A stretch of DNA of 64,000 bases from a bacterium (GCA_028823995.1 JAPPFD010000009.1:89500-153499); one strand, 5' to 3'. Counted from the stretch's first letter, positions 18,303 through 29,153 are shown. Notes: generated by a model not told the origin, from the letters alone. Program-made: numbers and translations.

Positions 18303-18874
18303 GCGGGACACGTTCCGGCAGGTCGCGGATAATTACCGTTCCCAACCTGGTCTCCTTTTTCCGCATTCTCCTGGTCCCGCTGTTCTGGTGGGTCCTCCTG
18401 GGGGGCCGCCCCACGGCGGCCGCGCTGATCCTGGTGGTGATGGGAGTCACCGACTGGCTGGATGGATGGCTGGCCCGCCGGCTGGACCAGGTGACTGATC
18501 TGGGGACCTTCCTGGACCCGGTCGGGGACTGGCTGATGATGGGGTCGGCTGTGCTGGGCGGGATGGTCGAGATGCTGCTGCCCGTCTGGGTCGGAGCGGT
18601 CATACTGTCCAGGTCGGTGGTGGTCGGTCTCTGGTCAGCGTGGATGACTGCCCGGCGAAGCGCACTCGAGGTCCGCATGATCGGGAAGGCGGCCATCACC
18701 TTCCTCTACGTGGCGATTCCCCTGTTCTACTTCTCCCCGGACCTCAGCGGCGCCTTCGGGGCGGTCATAGACGCCATAGCCTGGGTGGCGGTGGTGGGGG
18801 GGATGGCGCTGTACTGGTGGTCTGGAGTCCTGTACGTCCGGGACGGACTGGCGGCGGTCCGGGAGGCGGGGTAG
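18299..18874 (+). CDS. CDP-alcohol phosphatidyltransferase family protein
   Basis: TDWLDGWLARRLDQVTDLGTFLDPVGD signature. Confidence 0.93.
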   Translation: MSGTRSGRSRIITVPNLVSFFRILLVPLFWWVLLGGRPTAAALILVVMGVTDWLDGWLARRLDQVTDLGTFLDPVGDWLMMGSAVLGGMVEMLLPVWVGAVILSRSVVVGLWSAWMTARRSALEVRMIGKAAITFLYVAIPLFYFSPDLSGAFGAVIDAIAWVAVVGGMALYWWSGVLYVRDGLAAVREAG

Positions 18875-18960
18875 CGGCGCTCCGGGACGGCGGCGACCCG
18901 GCCGGGAGGGAAGGCGGAGAAGCGGCAGGCCCATGCCCATTCCTGATAAGGTATGTCCCC

Positions 18961-19350
18961 ATGGAAGACAACCGTATCGAGATCCCCGACCACCTCCTTT
19001 ACACCACCGAGCACGAGTGGGTCCTGGTCGGAGACGGCAAGGCCCGGTTGGGCATCACCGACTACGCGCAGGACGCCTTGGGCGATGTGGTCTATGCACA
19101 GTTGCCTCAGGTTGGCGACGAGGTGACGGAGGGAGAGATCATCGCCGAGTTGGAGTCGACCAAGTCGGTGGGCGAGATCTACGCGCCCTTCGATGGTGAG
19201 ATCCTGGCGGTGAATGAGGAGTTGGAGAGCCGACCGGAGTTGGTCAACCACGATCCCTATGGCGTGGGCTGGATACTGGATCTGTCCCAAGCCGGGTCGC
19301 TGCCCTCCGCCCTCCTGGACGCGGCGGGTTACCGGGACCTGGTTTCCTGA
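18961..19350 (+). CDS. gcvH: Glycine cleavage system H protein
   Basis: YTTEHEW, GITDYAQDALGD and lipoyl site ESTKSV. Confidence 0.96.
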   Translation: MEDNRIEIPDHLLYTTEHEWVLVGDGKARLGITDYAQDALGDVVYAQLPQVGDEVTEGEIIAELESTKSVGEIYAPFDGEILAVNEELESRPELVNHDPYGVGWILDLSQAGSLPSALLDAAGYRDLVS

Positions 19351-19413
19351 GGCGGGCCCGTTCGGGCCGACTTGGCAGGTCCGGCGGGGGGACGCCAAGT
19401 TACAATGAAGGGT

Positions 19414-19854
19414 GTGCACTTTCCGCTGCTGTCCGGGGAACAATCTTCCGGTGCCGGGGCGTCGTCCAGTCGGGGGAGTGATCCCACCGCCATCTTCCGG
19501 CCGGTTGACCCCCACTCGGCGCCTCGCAGGGAGGAACCTGGCCGCTTGGAGGGGTTCGGCGGGTGGGGGCTGATGGTGGAGAAAGGGGCTCAGGCCGGCA
19601 GGACCTATCCCCTTTCGAAGGGAATCACCGAGGTGGGGCGCCATCTGCACAGCGGGATACTCCTGGACGACATCACGGTTTCCCGCCGGCATTGCCGCCT
19701 GACGGCGGAGGCGGACCGATTGACGGTGGAGGATGAGGGCTCCACCAATGGAACCTATGTGAACGGCGCCAGGATGGAGGAAAGCCGGCTGCAGCCCGGG
19801 GACAGGCTGATGGTGGGACGCTTCCACCTGGTTGTAGTCCGGGGCAATGACTGA
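19414..19854 (+). CDS. FHA-domain protein, GarA/OdhI-like
   Basis: VGRH...LLDDITVSRRH...STNGTYVNG FHA core. N-terminal PTAIFRP resembles the GarA phospho-motif. TACAAT lies 7 nt before the GTG. Confidence 0.88.
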   Translation: MHFPLLSGEQSSGAGASSSRGSDPTAIFRPVDPHSAPRREEPGRLEGFGGWGLMVEKGAQAGRTYPLSKGITEVGRHLHSGILLDDITVSRRHCRLTAEADRLTVEDEGSTNGTYVNGARMEESRLQPGDRLMVGRFHLVVVRGND

Positions 19855-20530
19855 GCAGCGGGACCTCTCCATCGGGGAGGTGATCAAGGTCCTCAAGAAA
19901 GACTTTCCCGAGATCACCGTCTCGAAGGTGCGGTTCCTGGAGACAAAGGGCATGATCCTCCCGCGCCGCACCGAAGGGGGGTACCGGCGGTTCGACCGGA
20001 CCGATGTGGCCCGGCTCCGATACATCCTGGGACAGCAGCGGGACCACTTTCTTCCACTCAAGGTGATCAAGTCCAAGCTGGCCGCCTGGGAACGGGGAGA
20101 CGACCCCCATGACCCGACGGGCTCGGACGGCTCCCTCCTGGAAGAGGCGGGTGAGCCGATCACCCGCGCCGACGTGTTGCGGCGCAGCGGCATGAGACCC
20201 GATCAACTGGAGGACCTGGTCGCCCATCGGATCATCTCCCCGCTGCGGGGGGAGGAGGACATCTTCCCTCCCGAGGCCGGTCCGGTGGCGTCGGAGGCCA
20301 AGCGCCTGATGGACCGGGGTCTGAGTGGTCGCCATCTCCGCTCCATCCGTTTGGCGGTGGACCGGGAAGTGGACCTGTTCCGGTCGGTGGCGGGCCCCCT
20401 GATGAGGGTGCAGTGGCTGGGCGAGGGCGGCGAGCATGTCCAGGACTTGCTGATAGGGTGCGCCGACGCGCTGGTCGGCATCCATCGGGCCTTGCTTCTG
20501 GCTTCTCTCCGGGCGGAGTTGCGCCGCTGA
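19847..20530 (+). CDS. MerR-family transcriptional regulator (FtsR/Rv1828-like)
   Basis: LSIGEVI...ITVSKVRFLE...RTEGGYRRF...HFLPLKVIK. Confidence 0.92.
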   Translation: MTEQRDLSIGEVIKVLKKDFPEITVSKVRFLETKGMILPRRTEGGYRRFDRTDVARLRYILGQQRDHFLPLKVIKSKLAAWERGDDPHDPTGSDGSLLEEAGEPITRADVLRRSGMRPDQLEDLVAHRIISPLRGEEDIFPPEAGPVASEAKRLMDRGLSGRHLRSIRLAVDREVDLFRSVAGPLMRVQWLGEGGEHVQDLLIGCADALVGIHRALLLASLRAELRR

Positions 20531-20553
20531 AAACCCCCACCCGCCTCGGGTTG

Positions 20554-21621
20554 ATGGTGGCGTGCCTGGCCACGCTCCTGGTAGCGGTGATGGGCGCCAC
20601 GGCCACGGCCAGTCCCCTGTGGGTCGAGCCGCCCCCTCTTCCCTGGACTCTGGTTCCCGATCCGCCGGAACTCGCCGCCGAGTCGTGGGTGCTGTTCGAT
20701 GAACGCCACGGGGTGGTGCTGGCGGAGCACAACGCCGACCAGCGCAGGCCGATGGCTTCAACCACCAAGCTGATGACCGCCCTTCTGGCGGTGGAGGCCG
20801 GTGATCTCTCCTCTCCCGTGCGGGTGAGCGAGGCTGCCGTGTCGATAGGGGAGGCGGGAGTGGATCTCGTGGAGGGAGAGGTCTTCCTGTTGCGCACCCT
20901 GGTGAGGGCCCTTCTGATCCGCTCGGGCAACGACGCGGCCTATGCGGTGGCCGAGAACGTGGGCGGAAGCGCCCAGGAGTTTGTGAGGATGATGAACCAG
21001 CGGGCCTCCGAACTGGGTCTGGTGAACACCTCCTACGCCAATCCCCATGGTCTCGATCATCCCGACCAGTACTCCACGGCTCGGGATCTCCTGGTCCTGA
21101 CCCGGGAGGCTCTCTTGCACCCGGAGTTGGTCGAGGCGGTGGCCACCCGTCAGATCTCTCTCCGGGATTCGCCGGACGGCCAGGAACGGGTCTACACGAA
21201 CACCAATCAACTGCTGTTCGACTACGAGGGAGCGATCGGGGTGAAGACCGGGTACACCGACGACGCCGGAAGGGTGCTGGTGGCGGGCGCCGTGAGACAG
21301 GGCAGGAGGCTTCTGGCGGTGGTGATGAACACCGAGGACCACTTCGCCGAAGCAGAAGCGCTGCTTGACTTCGGGTTCGACTCGTTCGGGTCAGTCCCCG
21401 GTCTGGCCTTTTCCGATCTGAAGATAAACCGCAGCCAGCTATTGGCCGAGTCGGCCACCCCCACCACGATCGCCGACCTCCCGGTGGAGACCGAGGAGGT
21501 CCCGGAGGCGGAGGTGGTGATCACCCGCGAACAAGTGGCGATCCGGGTGGGTGAACCTCCCGGGGGGCTGGGTGATCTGTTGGGTTGGATGCTGGGCGTC
21601 TTCTCCTCCGAAGACCCATAG
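20554..21621 (+). CDS. D-alanyl-D-alanine carboxypeptidase (peptidase S11); start uncertain
   Basis: STTK, SGN and KTG motifs. N-terminal signal-like segment. Confidence 0.92.
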   Translation: MVACLATLLVAVMGATATASPLWVEPPPLPWTLVPDPPELAAESWVLFDERHGVVLAEHNADQRRPMASTTKLMTALLAVEAGDLSSPVRVSEAAVSIGEAGVDLVEGEVFLLRTLVRALLIRSGNDAAYAVAENVGGSAQEFVRMMNQRASELGLVNTSYANPHGLDHPDQYSTARDLLVLTREALLHPELVEAVATRQISLRDSPDGQERVYTNTNQLLFDYEGAIGVKTGYTDDAGRVLVAGAVRQGRRLLAVVMNTEDHFAEAEALLDFGFDSFGSVPGLAFSDLKINRSQLLAESATPTTIADLPVETEEVPEAEVVITREQVAIRVGEPPGGLGDLLGWMLGVFSSEDP

Positions 21622-21630
21622 CCCGCGTTC

Positions 21631-22365
21631 TCAGCGCCCACACCTTCTCAGCAGCAACCGGGTGTCGGAGGTTATGGTCCGCCAGTTCAGCTTGGACTCC
21701 CCGGCCACCCGATCCCTGATCACCGTGTCGACTCCGGTTGCCCGGAGCCGTCTGGACATCAGGACCGCGATCAGGACCTTGAAGCCGTGCGGCGCCATCC
21801 CTTCCAGGGCTTCGGCCAGGACCGACCGGCGGGTTCCGAAGAAACCGGACTGGGGGAAGCGCAGCCCCCTGGTCCGGCGGGGCATCCGCAGGCGCGTCAG
21901 CAGTATCGAGGTCCGGGTGAGGGCCATGCGGTACCACCTCTTCCCCCGCTGCTCCAACTCTCCCACACACAGGTCGTACCCGTTCGCCAGCGCCGCGACC
22001 ATCTCTTCCACCGCGGCCGGGTCGTGTTGTCCGTCGGCGTCCATCACCACCACCAGTTCGTGACGGGCCGCGTGTGCGGCGTTGCGGACCGCCTCGGCGA
22101 GCCCTCCTCCGTCGCACACTCGCACCCGGCGGTCTCCGCCGGCCAGGGCTGTCTGCCCGGTCGGGCTGCGCTCGCCCCTCACCAACGAGCCATCGGCGTG
22201 GTCGGCGGCGGCCACCAGCACTTCGGCGTCTTGCGGTAGGTACTCCAGCAACTCGGCCAGGGTGGTCCCGATGACATCCGTCTCGTTGTAGGCGGGCATG
22301 AGGACCGAGAAGGGGACTCCTAGGGGAGGGTGACCGTTCCGGGTCTCGGTCTCCGACGCCTTCAT
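21631..22365 (-). CDS. GT2 glycosyltransferase (polyprenol-phosphate mannose synthase-like)
   Basis: SVLMPAYNE, VVVMDADGQHDP, SGFF and GFKVL motifs, GESK tail. Confidence 0.85.
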   Translation of the reverse strand: MKASETETRNGHPPLGVPFSVLMPAYNETDVIGTTLAELLEYLPQDAEVLVAAADHADGSLVRGERSPTGQTALAGGDRRVRVCDGGGLAEAVRNAAHAARHELVVVMDADGQHDPAAVEEMVAALANGYDLCVGELEQRGKRWYRMALTRTSILLTRLRMPRRTRGLRFPQSGFFGTRRSVLAEALEGMAPHGFKVLIAVLMSRRLRATGVDTVIRDRVAGESKLNWRTITSDTRLLLRRCGR

Positions 22366-22487
22366 GGGCAATAGTTTGGCCGCATGGCGATGAGATGCTA
22401 AACCGGTCGGGACGGAGAACGCCCGCCGGGCGGGCTCGCGCAGTCGATCCTGGGTCATGGGATGGGGGTCATTAAGATAGGAAAGCC

Positions 22488-23078
22488 ATGAACGACGCTG
22501 ACCGGCTGTTCGGCCCGAGCACCGTCTCTGAAGTGATCACCTCCACCGAGATCGCGGAACGGGTGGCCGAACTGGGCAGGGCCCTTACCACCGAATACCG
22601 GGACCGCTCACCCGTGATGGTGGGGATAATGAAGGGATCGGTGTGCTTTCTGGCGGACCTGGTGAGGAACATGGATCTTGAGATGGAGATCGAGTTCCTG
22701 GCGCTCAAACGCTACAGGGAGGGCCCCTATGTCGGTATCGCCATGGACCTCTTCACCGATGTCGGTGGACGAGACGTGATCGTGGTCATGGACATGGTGG
22801 ACACCGGTTTCAACCTCGACGCCATCCACCGGTTGTTGAGAGAGCGTGCCCCGGCTTCCATTGCCACGGTTGCCCTTCTGGACCGGAAGGTGCGTCGGCT
22901 GATCGAGGTGCCCCTGGAATACCGCGGCTTTGAGGTCGGATACGACTTCCTGGTGGGATACGGCTTGGACTGGGATGGCCGCTACCGGGGGCTGCCTTCG
23001 ATTTGGGCGGTGCTCGATCGGTCGGCCCTCGAAACCGATCCCCATTTGCTCGACCGCCACGTGTTTGCGGAGAGGTAG
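22488..23078 (+). CDS. hpt: Hypoxanthine phosphoribosyltransferase-like protein (divergent motifs)
   Basis: VGIMKGSVCFLADL, VMDMVDTG, ALLDRK and FLVGYGLDWDGRYRGLP motifs. Confidence 0.85.
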   Translation: MNDADRLFGPSTVSEVITSTEIAERVAELGRALTTEYRDRSPVMVGIMKGSVCFLADLVRNMDLEMEIEFLALKRYREGPYVGIAMDLFTDVGGRDVIVVMDMVDTGFNLDAIHRLLRERAPASIATVALLDRKVRRLIEVPLEYRGFEVGYDFLVGYGLDWDGRYRGLPSIWAVLDRSALETDPHLLDRHVFAER

Positions 23079-23081
23079 CCC

Positions 23082-23099
23082 CCCTCCAGTTGTGGAGGG
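23082..23099 (+). terminator. Small hairpin between convergent hpt and purN
   Basis: CCCTCC-AGTTGT-GGAGGG inverted repeat. No U-tract. Confidence 0.35.
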
Positions 23100-23144
23100 C
23101 GCGCCCCGGCCTCCATCGCCGCGGTTGCCCTCCCGGACGGGTCG

Positions 23145-23759
23145 TCAGCGCCGCTCTTCGAGAAGTGTTGTCACCGCGTGGACCAGTAGCCGGTGCTCTA
23201 CCCGGTGGATCCGCTCGGTGAGGCTGTGGATCGAGTCGTCGTCGTGTATCGGTATCTCTTCGGAGGTGATGACAGGACCGTCATCCACGCCCTCGTCCAC
23301 GACGTAGTGAACCATCACGCCGGCGGACGTGACTTCCCCGGCTCGATAGGCCGCCCATGTTTCTTCGATTGCGTTAGCTCCGGGGAACATCCCGGGAAGG
23401 GCGGGATGGAGGTTGATCACCTGTTTCGGAAATCGTTCGAGAAACGCCATTGACAACAGGTGCATCCACCCGGCCAGCACCACCAGATCGGGCCGGGCGG
23501 CGGCTACCGCGTCGGCCAGGTCGGCGTCGTAGCGGGACCGGGCCGCCAGGGGATCGGGTTCACCTTCGACATAGGGCCCGAGCAGGCGGCATTCCTCGGG
23601 GATTCCTGCGCGGCGGGCACGTTCCTGGGCGGGCACCCCCCGGCGATTGACGATCACCTTGGTCACTTGGGCCGGAACCCGACCGGCCGCCACCGCGTCG
23701 ATCAGTGCTTGCAGGTTGGTGCCCGAGCCCGAGGCCAGGACGACCAGCCGTCCCGTCAC
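23145..23759 (-). CDS. purN: Phosphoribosylglycinamide formyltransferase
   Basis: LASGSGTNLQAL, VLAGWM, NLHPAL and DDGPVI motifs. Confidence 0.96.
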   Translation of the reverse strand: MTGRLVVLASGSGTNLQALIDAVAAGRVPAQVTKVIVNRRGVPAQERARRAGIPEECRLLGPYVEGEPDPLAARSRYDADLADAVAAARPDLVVLAGWMHLLSMAFLERFPKQVINLHPALPGMFPGANAIEETWAAYRAGEVTSAGVMVHYVVDEGVDDGPVITSEEIPIHDDDSIHSLTERIHRVEHRLLVHAVTTLLEERR

Positions 23760-24757
23760 CGCCAGGAACCGGCGAACGCCACCCGTTCACCCCCGTCCCG
23801 GACGGGCATCACTTCCCCGATCTCCAGACAGCCCAGCTCCGTGGCTCGCCTACCGAGAGCCCTGTCGATGACCGCCGCCATACCGATGCCCATGTTCCAT
23901 GTGCGGAATGCCTCACCATCTTCGATCCCGCTCCAATCCACAAGGGTCACGAAGGGCTCCGGTATCTTCCACGATCCCAGTTCGACCGTCACACCCAGGC
24001 CAAAGGGGAGCACTCTGGGAAGGTTGTCGACCAGGCCGCCACCGGTTACATGCGCCAGGGCCTTGGGCGCCACTCCTTCGGCTTGCAGCGAGCGCATGAA
24101 CGGCAGGTAGCTGCGGTGAGGGGCCAGCAGGCGATCGATCATGGCTGGCGGCGGTTCCCGGTCCTCGATCAGCCGACGGATCAGCGAATACCCGTTGGTA
24201 TGCGGCCCGCTGCTGGGTAGGCCGACCAGCAGGTCCCCTTTTCTCACCTCGTCCAAACGGGGGAGAAGACCATCGCGGTCGGCCGTCCCTACAATCGTTC
24301 CGACGACGTCCACCGCTCCGGCCGCATAGACACCCGGCATCTCCGCCGTCTCACCTCCCAGCAACGCACAGCCTGCCTCCCGGCAGGCCTCCGCCATACC
24401 CGCAACGATTGCGACCACCACCTCGGGTATCAGTTTCGATGTCGCGATGTAGTCGAGGAAGAATCTCGGCTCGGCGCCGACCACCAGGATGTCGTTGATG
24501 CAGTGGTTGACCACATCGACTCCTACTCCGTGCCAGCGGTCGTACCGAGCCGCCAGCGCCACCTTCGTGCCGACCCCGTCAGTGGATGCCACCAGCACTT
24601 TCCCGGGTCCGAGCCGGTCGGCCGCGTAAAGGCCGCCGAATCCTCCCCCGCCCTCCAGTACCTCGTCGGTAGCGGTGGAGGCCACCGCCGAGGCCAGGAG
24701 TTCCACGGTTCTGTTGCCGGCATCTATGTCGACCCCGGCGTCGCGATAGGTAATCAT
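23756..24757 (-). CDS. purM: AIR synthase
   Basis: TYRDAGVDID, STDGVGTK, GGETAEMPG and HTNGYSL motifs. Confidence 0.96.
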   Translation of the reverse strand: MITYRDAGVDIDAGNRTVELLASAVASTATDEVLEGGGGFGGLYAADRLGPGKVLVASTDGVGTKVALAARYDRWHGVGVDVVNHCINDILVVGAEPRFFLDYIATSKLIPEVVVAIVAGMAEACREAGCALLGGETAEMPGVYAAGAVDVVGTIVGTADRDGLLPRLDEVRKGDLLVGLPSSGPHTNGYSLIRRLIEDREPPPAMIDRLLAPHRSYLPFMRSLQAEGVAPKALAHVTGGGLVDNLPRVLPFGLGVTVELGSWKIPEPFVTLVDWSGIEDGEAFRTWNMGIGMAAVIDRALGRRATELGCLEIGEVMPVRDGGERVAFAGSWR

Positions 24758-26067
24758 CCGATGTCCACCTCCCGGCGCGGCAGTGATCGGGCCCCGGGTG
24801 GGAGGCGGCGGCCGATGTCCCGCCGGTAATGCGCACCCTCGAAGGAGATGGACTCGGTGCCCGCGTAGGCACGCTCCGTCGCCTCCGCCAGGGTGCTCCC
24901 CAGGGCGGTGACGCCCAGCACCCTCCCCCCGGTGGCAAGGGTCACGCCGTCGATGCGGTCGGTCCCGGCATGGAACACCAAGCATCCCGTCAGTTTCGCC
25001 TCTTCGAGACCGGTGATCGGCGCAGGTGGCGCAGAACCGGTCGGATAACCGGCAGAGGCCATCACCACGGTGGCGGACGCCGACCGCGACCAGTCCACCG
25101 AGACGCCGTCCAGCGAACCGGTGGCGCATCCGAGCATGACCTCGAAGAGGTCGGTCTCCAAGAGTGGCAGCACCGCTTGCGCTTCAGGATCGCCCATGCG
25201 GCAGTTGATCTCCAGCACCTTGGGCCCGGCGTCGGTGATCATCAGCCCGAAGTAGATCACGCCTCGATACGGCGTACCGGTCTCGCCGAGCGCGTCAAGG
25301 GTCGGCCGGATGATGCGGTCGCTCACTTCGTCGATGAGCGCTGCGCTGGCGACCGGGGACGGTACGAAGGCGCCCATTCCTCCCGTATTCGGTCCCCTGT
25401 CACCGTCGAAGAGCCGTTTGTGGTCCTGCGCCGAGGGCATGACGACGAAGTCGGTCCCGTCGCTGAAGGCAAGCACCGACACCTCGGTACCCCACAGCCG
25501 CTCCTCCACCAACACCTCTCGGCCTGCTTCACCAAACCGCCCTTCGATTAGCATCGCCCGGAGAGCCGCAGCCGCCTCCCCATGGGTCTCGGCGACCACC
25601 ACTCCCTTGCCGCCCGCCAGGCCACTGGCCTTGATGACCGGGGGGGACGGGAGTTGCTCGAGATAGGCGATGGCGAGGTCCGGGTCACGGAACGAGGCCG
25701 ATGCGCCGGTCGGTATCGAGAGCGCGTTCAAGAAGGTCTTGCAATAGGCTTTCGAAGCCTCGAGGCGGGCGCAGGCGGCGGTGGGGCCGAAGGCAGGGAT
25801 ACCGACCGCATCCAGCGCATCGGTAAGTCCCGCAGCCAGCGGGGCTTCGGGACCCACTGCCACCAGATCGACCGATTCATGGCGGGCAGCGGCCACCAAC
25901 CCGGCAAGGTCACCTGCTCCGACGGCCAGGTTCTCGCAATGCTTCTCCGAAGCCGTCCCTGGGTTACCGGGAGCTACGAGGATCCGGTCCACCCGGGGGG
26001 ACTTGCCCAGGGACCAAGAGAGCGCATGCTCGCGGCCTCCTCCACCCACGACAAGCACCGTGGTCAC
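24754..26067 (-). CDS. purD: Phosphoribosylamine-glycine ligase
   Basis: GGGGREHAL, VGPEAPL, AQDHKR, GPNTGGMGA and GGRVL motifs. Confidence 0.97.
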   Translation of the reverse strand: MTTVLVVGGGGREHALSWSLGKSPRVDRILVAPGNPGTASEKHCENLAVGAGDLAGLVAAARHESVDLVAVGPEAPLAAGLTDALDAVGIPAFGPTAACARLEASKAYCKTFLNALSIPTGASASFRDPDLAIAYLEQLPSPPVIKASGLAGGKGVVVAETHGEAAAALRAMLIEGRFGEAGREVLVEERLWGTEVSVLAFSDGTDFVVMPSAQDHKRLFDGDRGPNTGGMGAFVPSPVASAALIDEVSDRIIRPTLDALGETGTPYRGVIYFGLMITDAGPKVLEINCRMGDPEAQAVLPLLETDLFEVMLGCATGSLDGVSVDWSRSASATVVMASAGYPTGSAPPAPITGLEEAKLTGCLVFHAGTDRIDGVTLATGGRVLGVTALGSTLAEATERAYAGTESISFEGAHYRRDIGRRLPPGARSLPRREVDIG

Positions 26068-26071
26068 CTGC

Positions 26072-27502
26072 TCACTCTCCCCACACTGATGCGAAGCGAT
26101 CCTTGAGACCGAGTTGCAACTGAACGAAACTCTCAGGTTCGAACGGGTACTTACCGGTGAAACAGGCGTTGCAGTAGCCGTCTTCGGAAGAGAGTGCTCT
26201 CATCAGACCCTCCAGCGAGAGATAGGCGAGTGAGTCGGCGCCGATCTCCTCACAGATCTCGGCCACCGACATGCGGGCGGCGACCAGATGCTCCGGGGAG
26301 TCTATGTCGATCCCCATGTAGCAGGGATGGGTGATGGCGGGACACGCCACCCGCACGTGTACCTCCGCGGCTCCGGCGTCGCGCAACATACGCACCAACT
26401 GTCCGACAGTCGTCCCCCTCACGATCGAATCGTCGACCATCACGATCCGCCGGCCTGCCAGGTTATCCCGGAGGGGATTGAATTTCATGGCCACCCCGGC
26501 ATCGCGCAGCTCCTGGGTCGGTTCGATGAAAGTCCGGCCCACATAGCGGTTCTTGATCAGCCCCTCGGTGTAGGGCAGATCCGATTCCTGGGCGAAGCCG
26601 ACCGCATGAGGCGTTCCCGAGTCGGGCACGGAAAGGACCAGGTCCGCTTCGACCGGGGCTTCCCGCGCCAGTTCCCTGCCTAGCCGCTGTCGCACGCTGT
26701 GCACCAGGTCGCCGTCGTGGACGGTGTCGGGCCGGGAGAAGTAGATGTGCTCGAAAGTGCAGAAGGCCCGGGCGGGCGGAGGCGCCCCCTGTTCGATGTG
26801 CAGCCCCGAAGCGTCGATCCTGGCAATCTCCCCTGGCTGCAGCTCGGCCACGAAGCTGGCGCCGGTCGTTGAGAACGCACAGGTCTCCGACGCAAGTATG
26901 TAGCCATCATTGATCTCCCCGATCACCAGGGGACGGAATCCACGCGGATCGCGGACTCCGTAGATAGCCTGGCGGGTGAGAATGGTGAGCGAGTAGGCTC
27001 CCTCGACCCGCCTCATGAGCGTCCGGATCCTTTCCAGCCAGCTACCCGACGCCCCGGTGAGGACATGGACCATCAGCTCGGTGTCGGAGGATGTCTGCAA
27101 GCCCACGCCCTGTTCCAGAAGCTCCCGGCGAAGCTGGGGGGCGTTCACGAGGTTGCCGTTGTGGGCGACCGCCAGCGGACCGTCGATGGTCTCGATCACC
27201 TGCGGCTGAGCATTGCGAAGGGTGGAACCGCCGGTGGTGCTGTAGCGGTTGTGGCCGATGGCCACCGAACCTTTCAAAGTCGAGAGGATGTCCTCGTTGA
27301 AAACCGAGCCGACCAGCCCCTCACCCTTGTGCACATGGGTGAACAGGCTGTCGTGGCTGACGATACCGGCGGCCTCCTGACCTCGATGCTGCAGGGCGAA
27401 GAGCCCGAAGAACGCTATCCGGGCCGCTTCCCGGCCGGGCGCATAGACGCCCACCACCCCGCACTTCTCGCGGGGGCTGTCACGGTCAAGCTCGCCGATC
27501 AT
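26072..27502 (-). CDS. purF: Amidophosphoribosyltransferase
   Basis: EKCGVVG, LQHRGQE, HNRYSTTG and VDDSIVRGTT motifs. Confidence 0.97.
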   Translation of the reverse strand: MIGELDRDSPREKCGVVGVYAPGREAARIAFFGLFALQHRGQEAAGIVSHDSLFTHVHKGEGLVGSVFNEDILSTLKGSVAIGHNRYSTTGGSTLRNAQPQVIETIDGPLAVAHNGNLVNAPQLRRELLEQGVGLQTSSDTELMVHVLTGASGSWLERIRTLMRRVEGAYSLTILTRQAIYGVRDPRGFRPLVIGEINDGYILASETCAFSTTGASFVAELQPGEIARIDASGLHIEQGAPPPARAFCTFEHIYFSRPDTVHDGDLVHSVRQRLGRELAREAPVEADLVLSVPDSGTPHAVGFAQESDLPYTEGLIKNRYVGRTFIEPTQELRDAGVAMKFNPLRDNLAGRRIVMVDDSIVRGTTVGQLVRMLRDAGAAEVHVRVACPAITHPCYMGIDIDSPEHLVAARMSVAEICEEIGADSLAYLSLEGLMRALSSEDGYCNACFTGKYPFEPESFVQLQLGLKDRFASVWGE

Positions 27503-28665
27503 GACCGCCGCCGAAGCCTGCGGCGCGCCGCCAGGGCGCGTTGCAAAGCCCGCTCGACCGTGGTGTCGGTGCACGTGATGTGGCCCATCTTGCGACCGGT
27601 GCGGACCTCCTCCTTGCCATAGAGATGGAGGTGCGCGCCAGGGTCGGACAGGGCCTCCGACCATGCAGGTTGGCGGCCGGGATGATCGTTCCAGAGATCA
27701 CCGAGAAGCTGCACCATGGCCGCAGGACGGCAAGAGCCGTCACCGAGGGGCAGGCCGCATATCGCCCGGATATGCTGACCGAACTGGCTGGTGGAGGCCG
27801 CCTCGATGGTGCAGTGGCCGCTGTTGTGGGGACGCGGAGCGATCTCGTTCACCACTAGGCTGTCTCCGGCTACGAACATCTCAACGCAGAGGACCCCGAC
27901 CAGGTCGAGGTGACGGGCGATCGCGGTTGCGAGGTCCACGGCAGCTCCGACCACCCTGGGCGGGACCGATGCGGGTGGCGTAACGGTCGTGTCGAGTATC
28001 CGGTTGACGTGGACGTTCTCCATGACGCCGTGATGGGCCACTTCGCCATTGACCCCCCGGGCTACCACGACCGAGATCTCCACGTCGAAGGGAACAACCT
28101 CCTCGACCAGCATGCGCTCGGGACCGAGTGCATCCACAACCCCGCGCACCGCGGCCTGGTCAACCTTCGTGAGTCGGACCTGGCCGCGGCCATCATATCC
28201 GAACCGCATGCGCTTGACGATGACCGGCAGACCGAGATCCGCTACGGCGCGATCCAGGTCGGTTGCCGTAGCCACTTCGCGAAACGCCGCCACCGGCGCC
28301 CCGGCGGCCATCAGGGCGCGGCGCTCCCGACCCCGGTCCTGGGCAGCCGCGATCACCGATCCGGCCGGCCGAACCGGTACCCCCGACCGGGCAGCCAGAT
28401 CTGCAAGCAGGCCCACTTCGACATTCTCGAACTCCCAGGTGATGACGTCGGAGAGATCTACAAACTGCTGCACGGCCAGTTCGTCGTCGTAGGAGGCCGC
28501 CACCTCGACGTCCGCCACCCGCCCGCCCGGGGTGTCCTTGGCCCCTCCGGTCAGAACGGCCACGCGGTAGCCGAGCCGATGAGCCTCGAAGGACAGCATC
28601 CTCCCCAGTTGTCCGCCACCCACGATGCCGATCATGCCTCCGGGCTCCAACGGGCGGTTCATCAT
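27499..28665 (-). CDS. purK: N5-CAIR synthase
   Basis: [32 protein letters not shown] and RKMGH motifs. Confidence 0.96.
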   Translation of the reverse strand: MMNRPLEPGGMIGIVGGGQLGRMLSFEAHRLGYRVAVLTGGAKDTPGGRVADVEVAASYDDELAVQQFVDLSDVITWEFENVEVGLLADLAARSGVPVRPAGSVIAAAQDRGRERRALMAAGAPVAAFREVATATDLDRAVADLGLPVIVKRMRFGYDGRGQVRLTKVDQAAVRGVVDALGPERMLVEEVVPFDVEISVVVARGVNGEVAHHGVMENVHVNRILDTTVTPPASVPPRVVGAAVDLATAIARHLDLVGVLCVEMFVAGDSLVVNEIAPRPHNSGHCTIEAASTSQFGQHIRAICGLPLGDGSCRPAAMVQLLGDLWNDHPGRQPAWSEALSDPGAHLHLYGKEEVRTGRKMGHITCTDTTVERALQRALAARRRLRRRS

Positions 28666-29153
28666 AGTTCGAGCTCGACCTCGCTCACGGCCGCGGCCCG
28701 CCTTTCACGGTACGCCTTGAGCCTCCCGGCCAGCCGTGGATCGTGACGGGCCAGCATCGCCACCGCGTACAGGCCGGCATTGGTGGCCCCCGCCTCGCCG
28801 ATCGCCATGGTGGCGACCGGTACCCCGGCTGGCATCTGCACGATCGACAGCAGCGAATCCATACCTCTCAGGGCTCGGCTCCTGATCGGAACACCTATCA
28901 CCGGAACAATCGTGTGTCCGGCGACCATCCCCGGCAGGTGGGCGGCGCCACCGGCCCCGGCGATGATGACCACCAGCCCCCGGTCGGAAGCAGATAGGGC
29001 GTAGTCCGCCATGAGGTCGGGAGTGCGGTGCGCCGAGACGACCCTGGACTCGTATGGAACGCCGAAGTCTTCGAGCACCTCGGCGGCCTGTTGCATAGTG
29101 GGCCAGTCGGACTGGCTGCCCATGATGATCCCAACGAGCGGGCGTCCGGTCAA
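28662..29153 (-). CDS. purE: N5-CAIR mutase
   Basis: IMGSQSD, SAHRTP and [14 protein letters not shown] motifs. Confidence 0.97.
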   Translation of the reverse strand: MTGRPLVGIIMGSQSDWPTMQQAAEVLEDFGVPYESRVVSAHRTPDLMADYALSASDRGLVVIIAGAGGAAHLPGMVAGHTIVPVIGVPIRSRALRGMDSLLSIVQMPAGVPVATMAIGEAGATNAGLYAVAMLARHDPRLAGRLKAYRERRAAAVSEVELEL

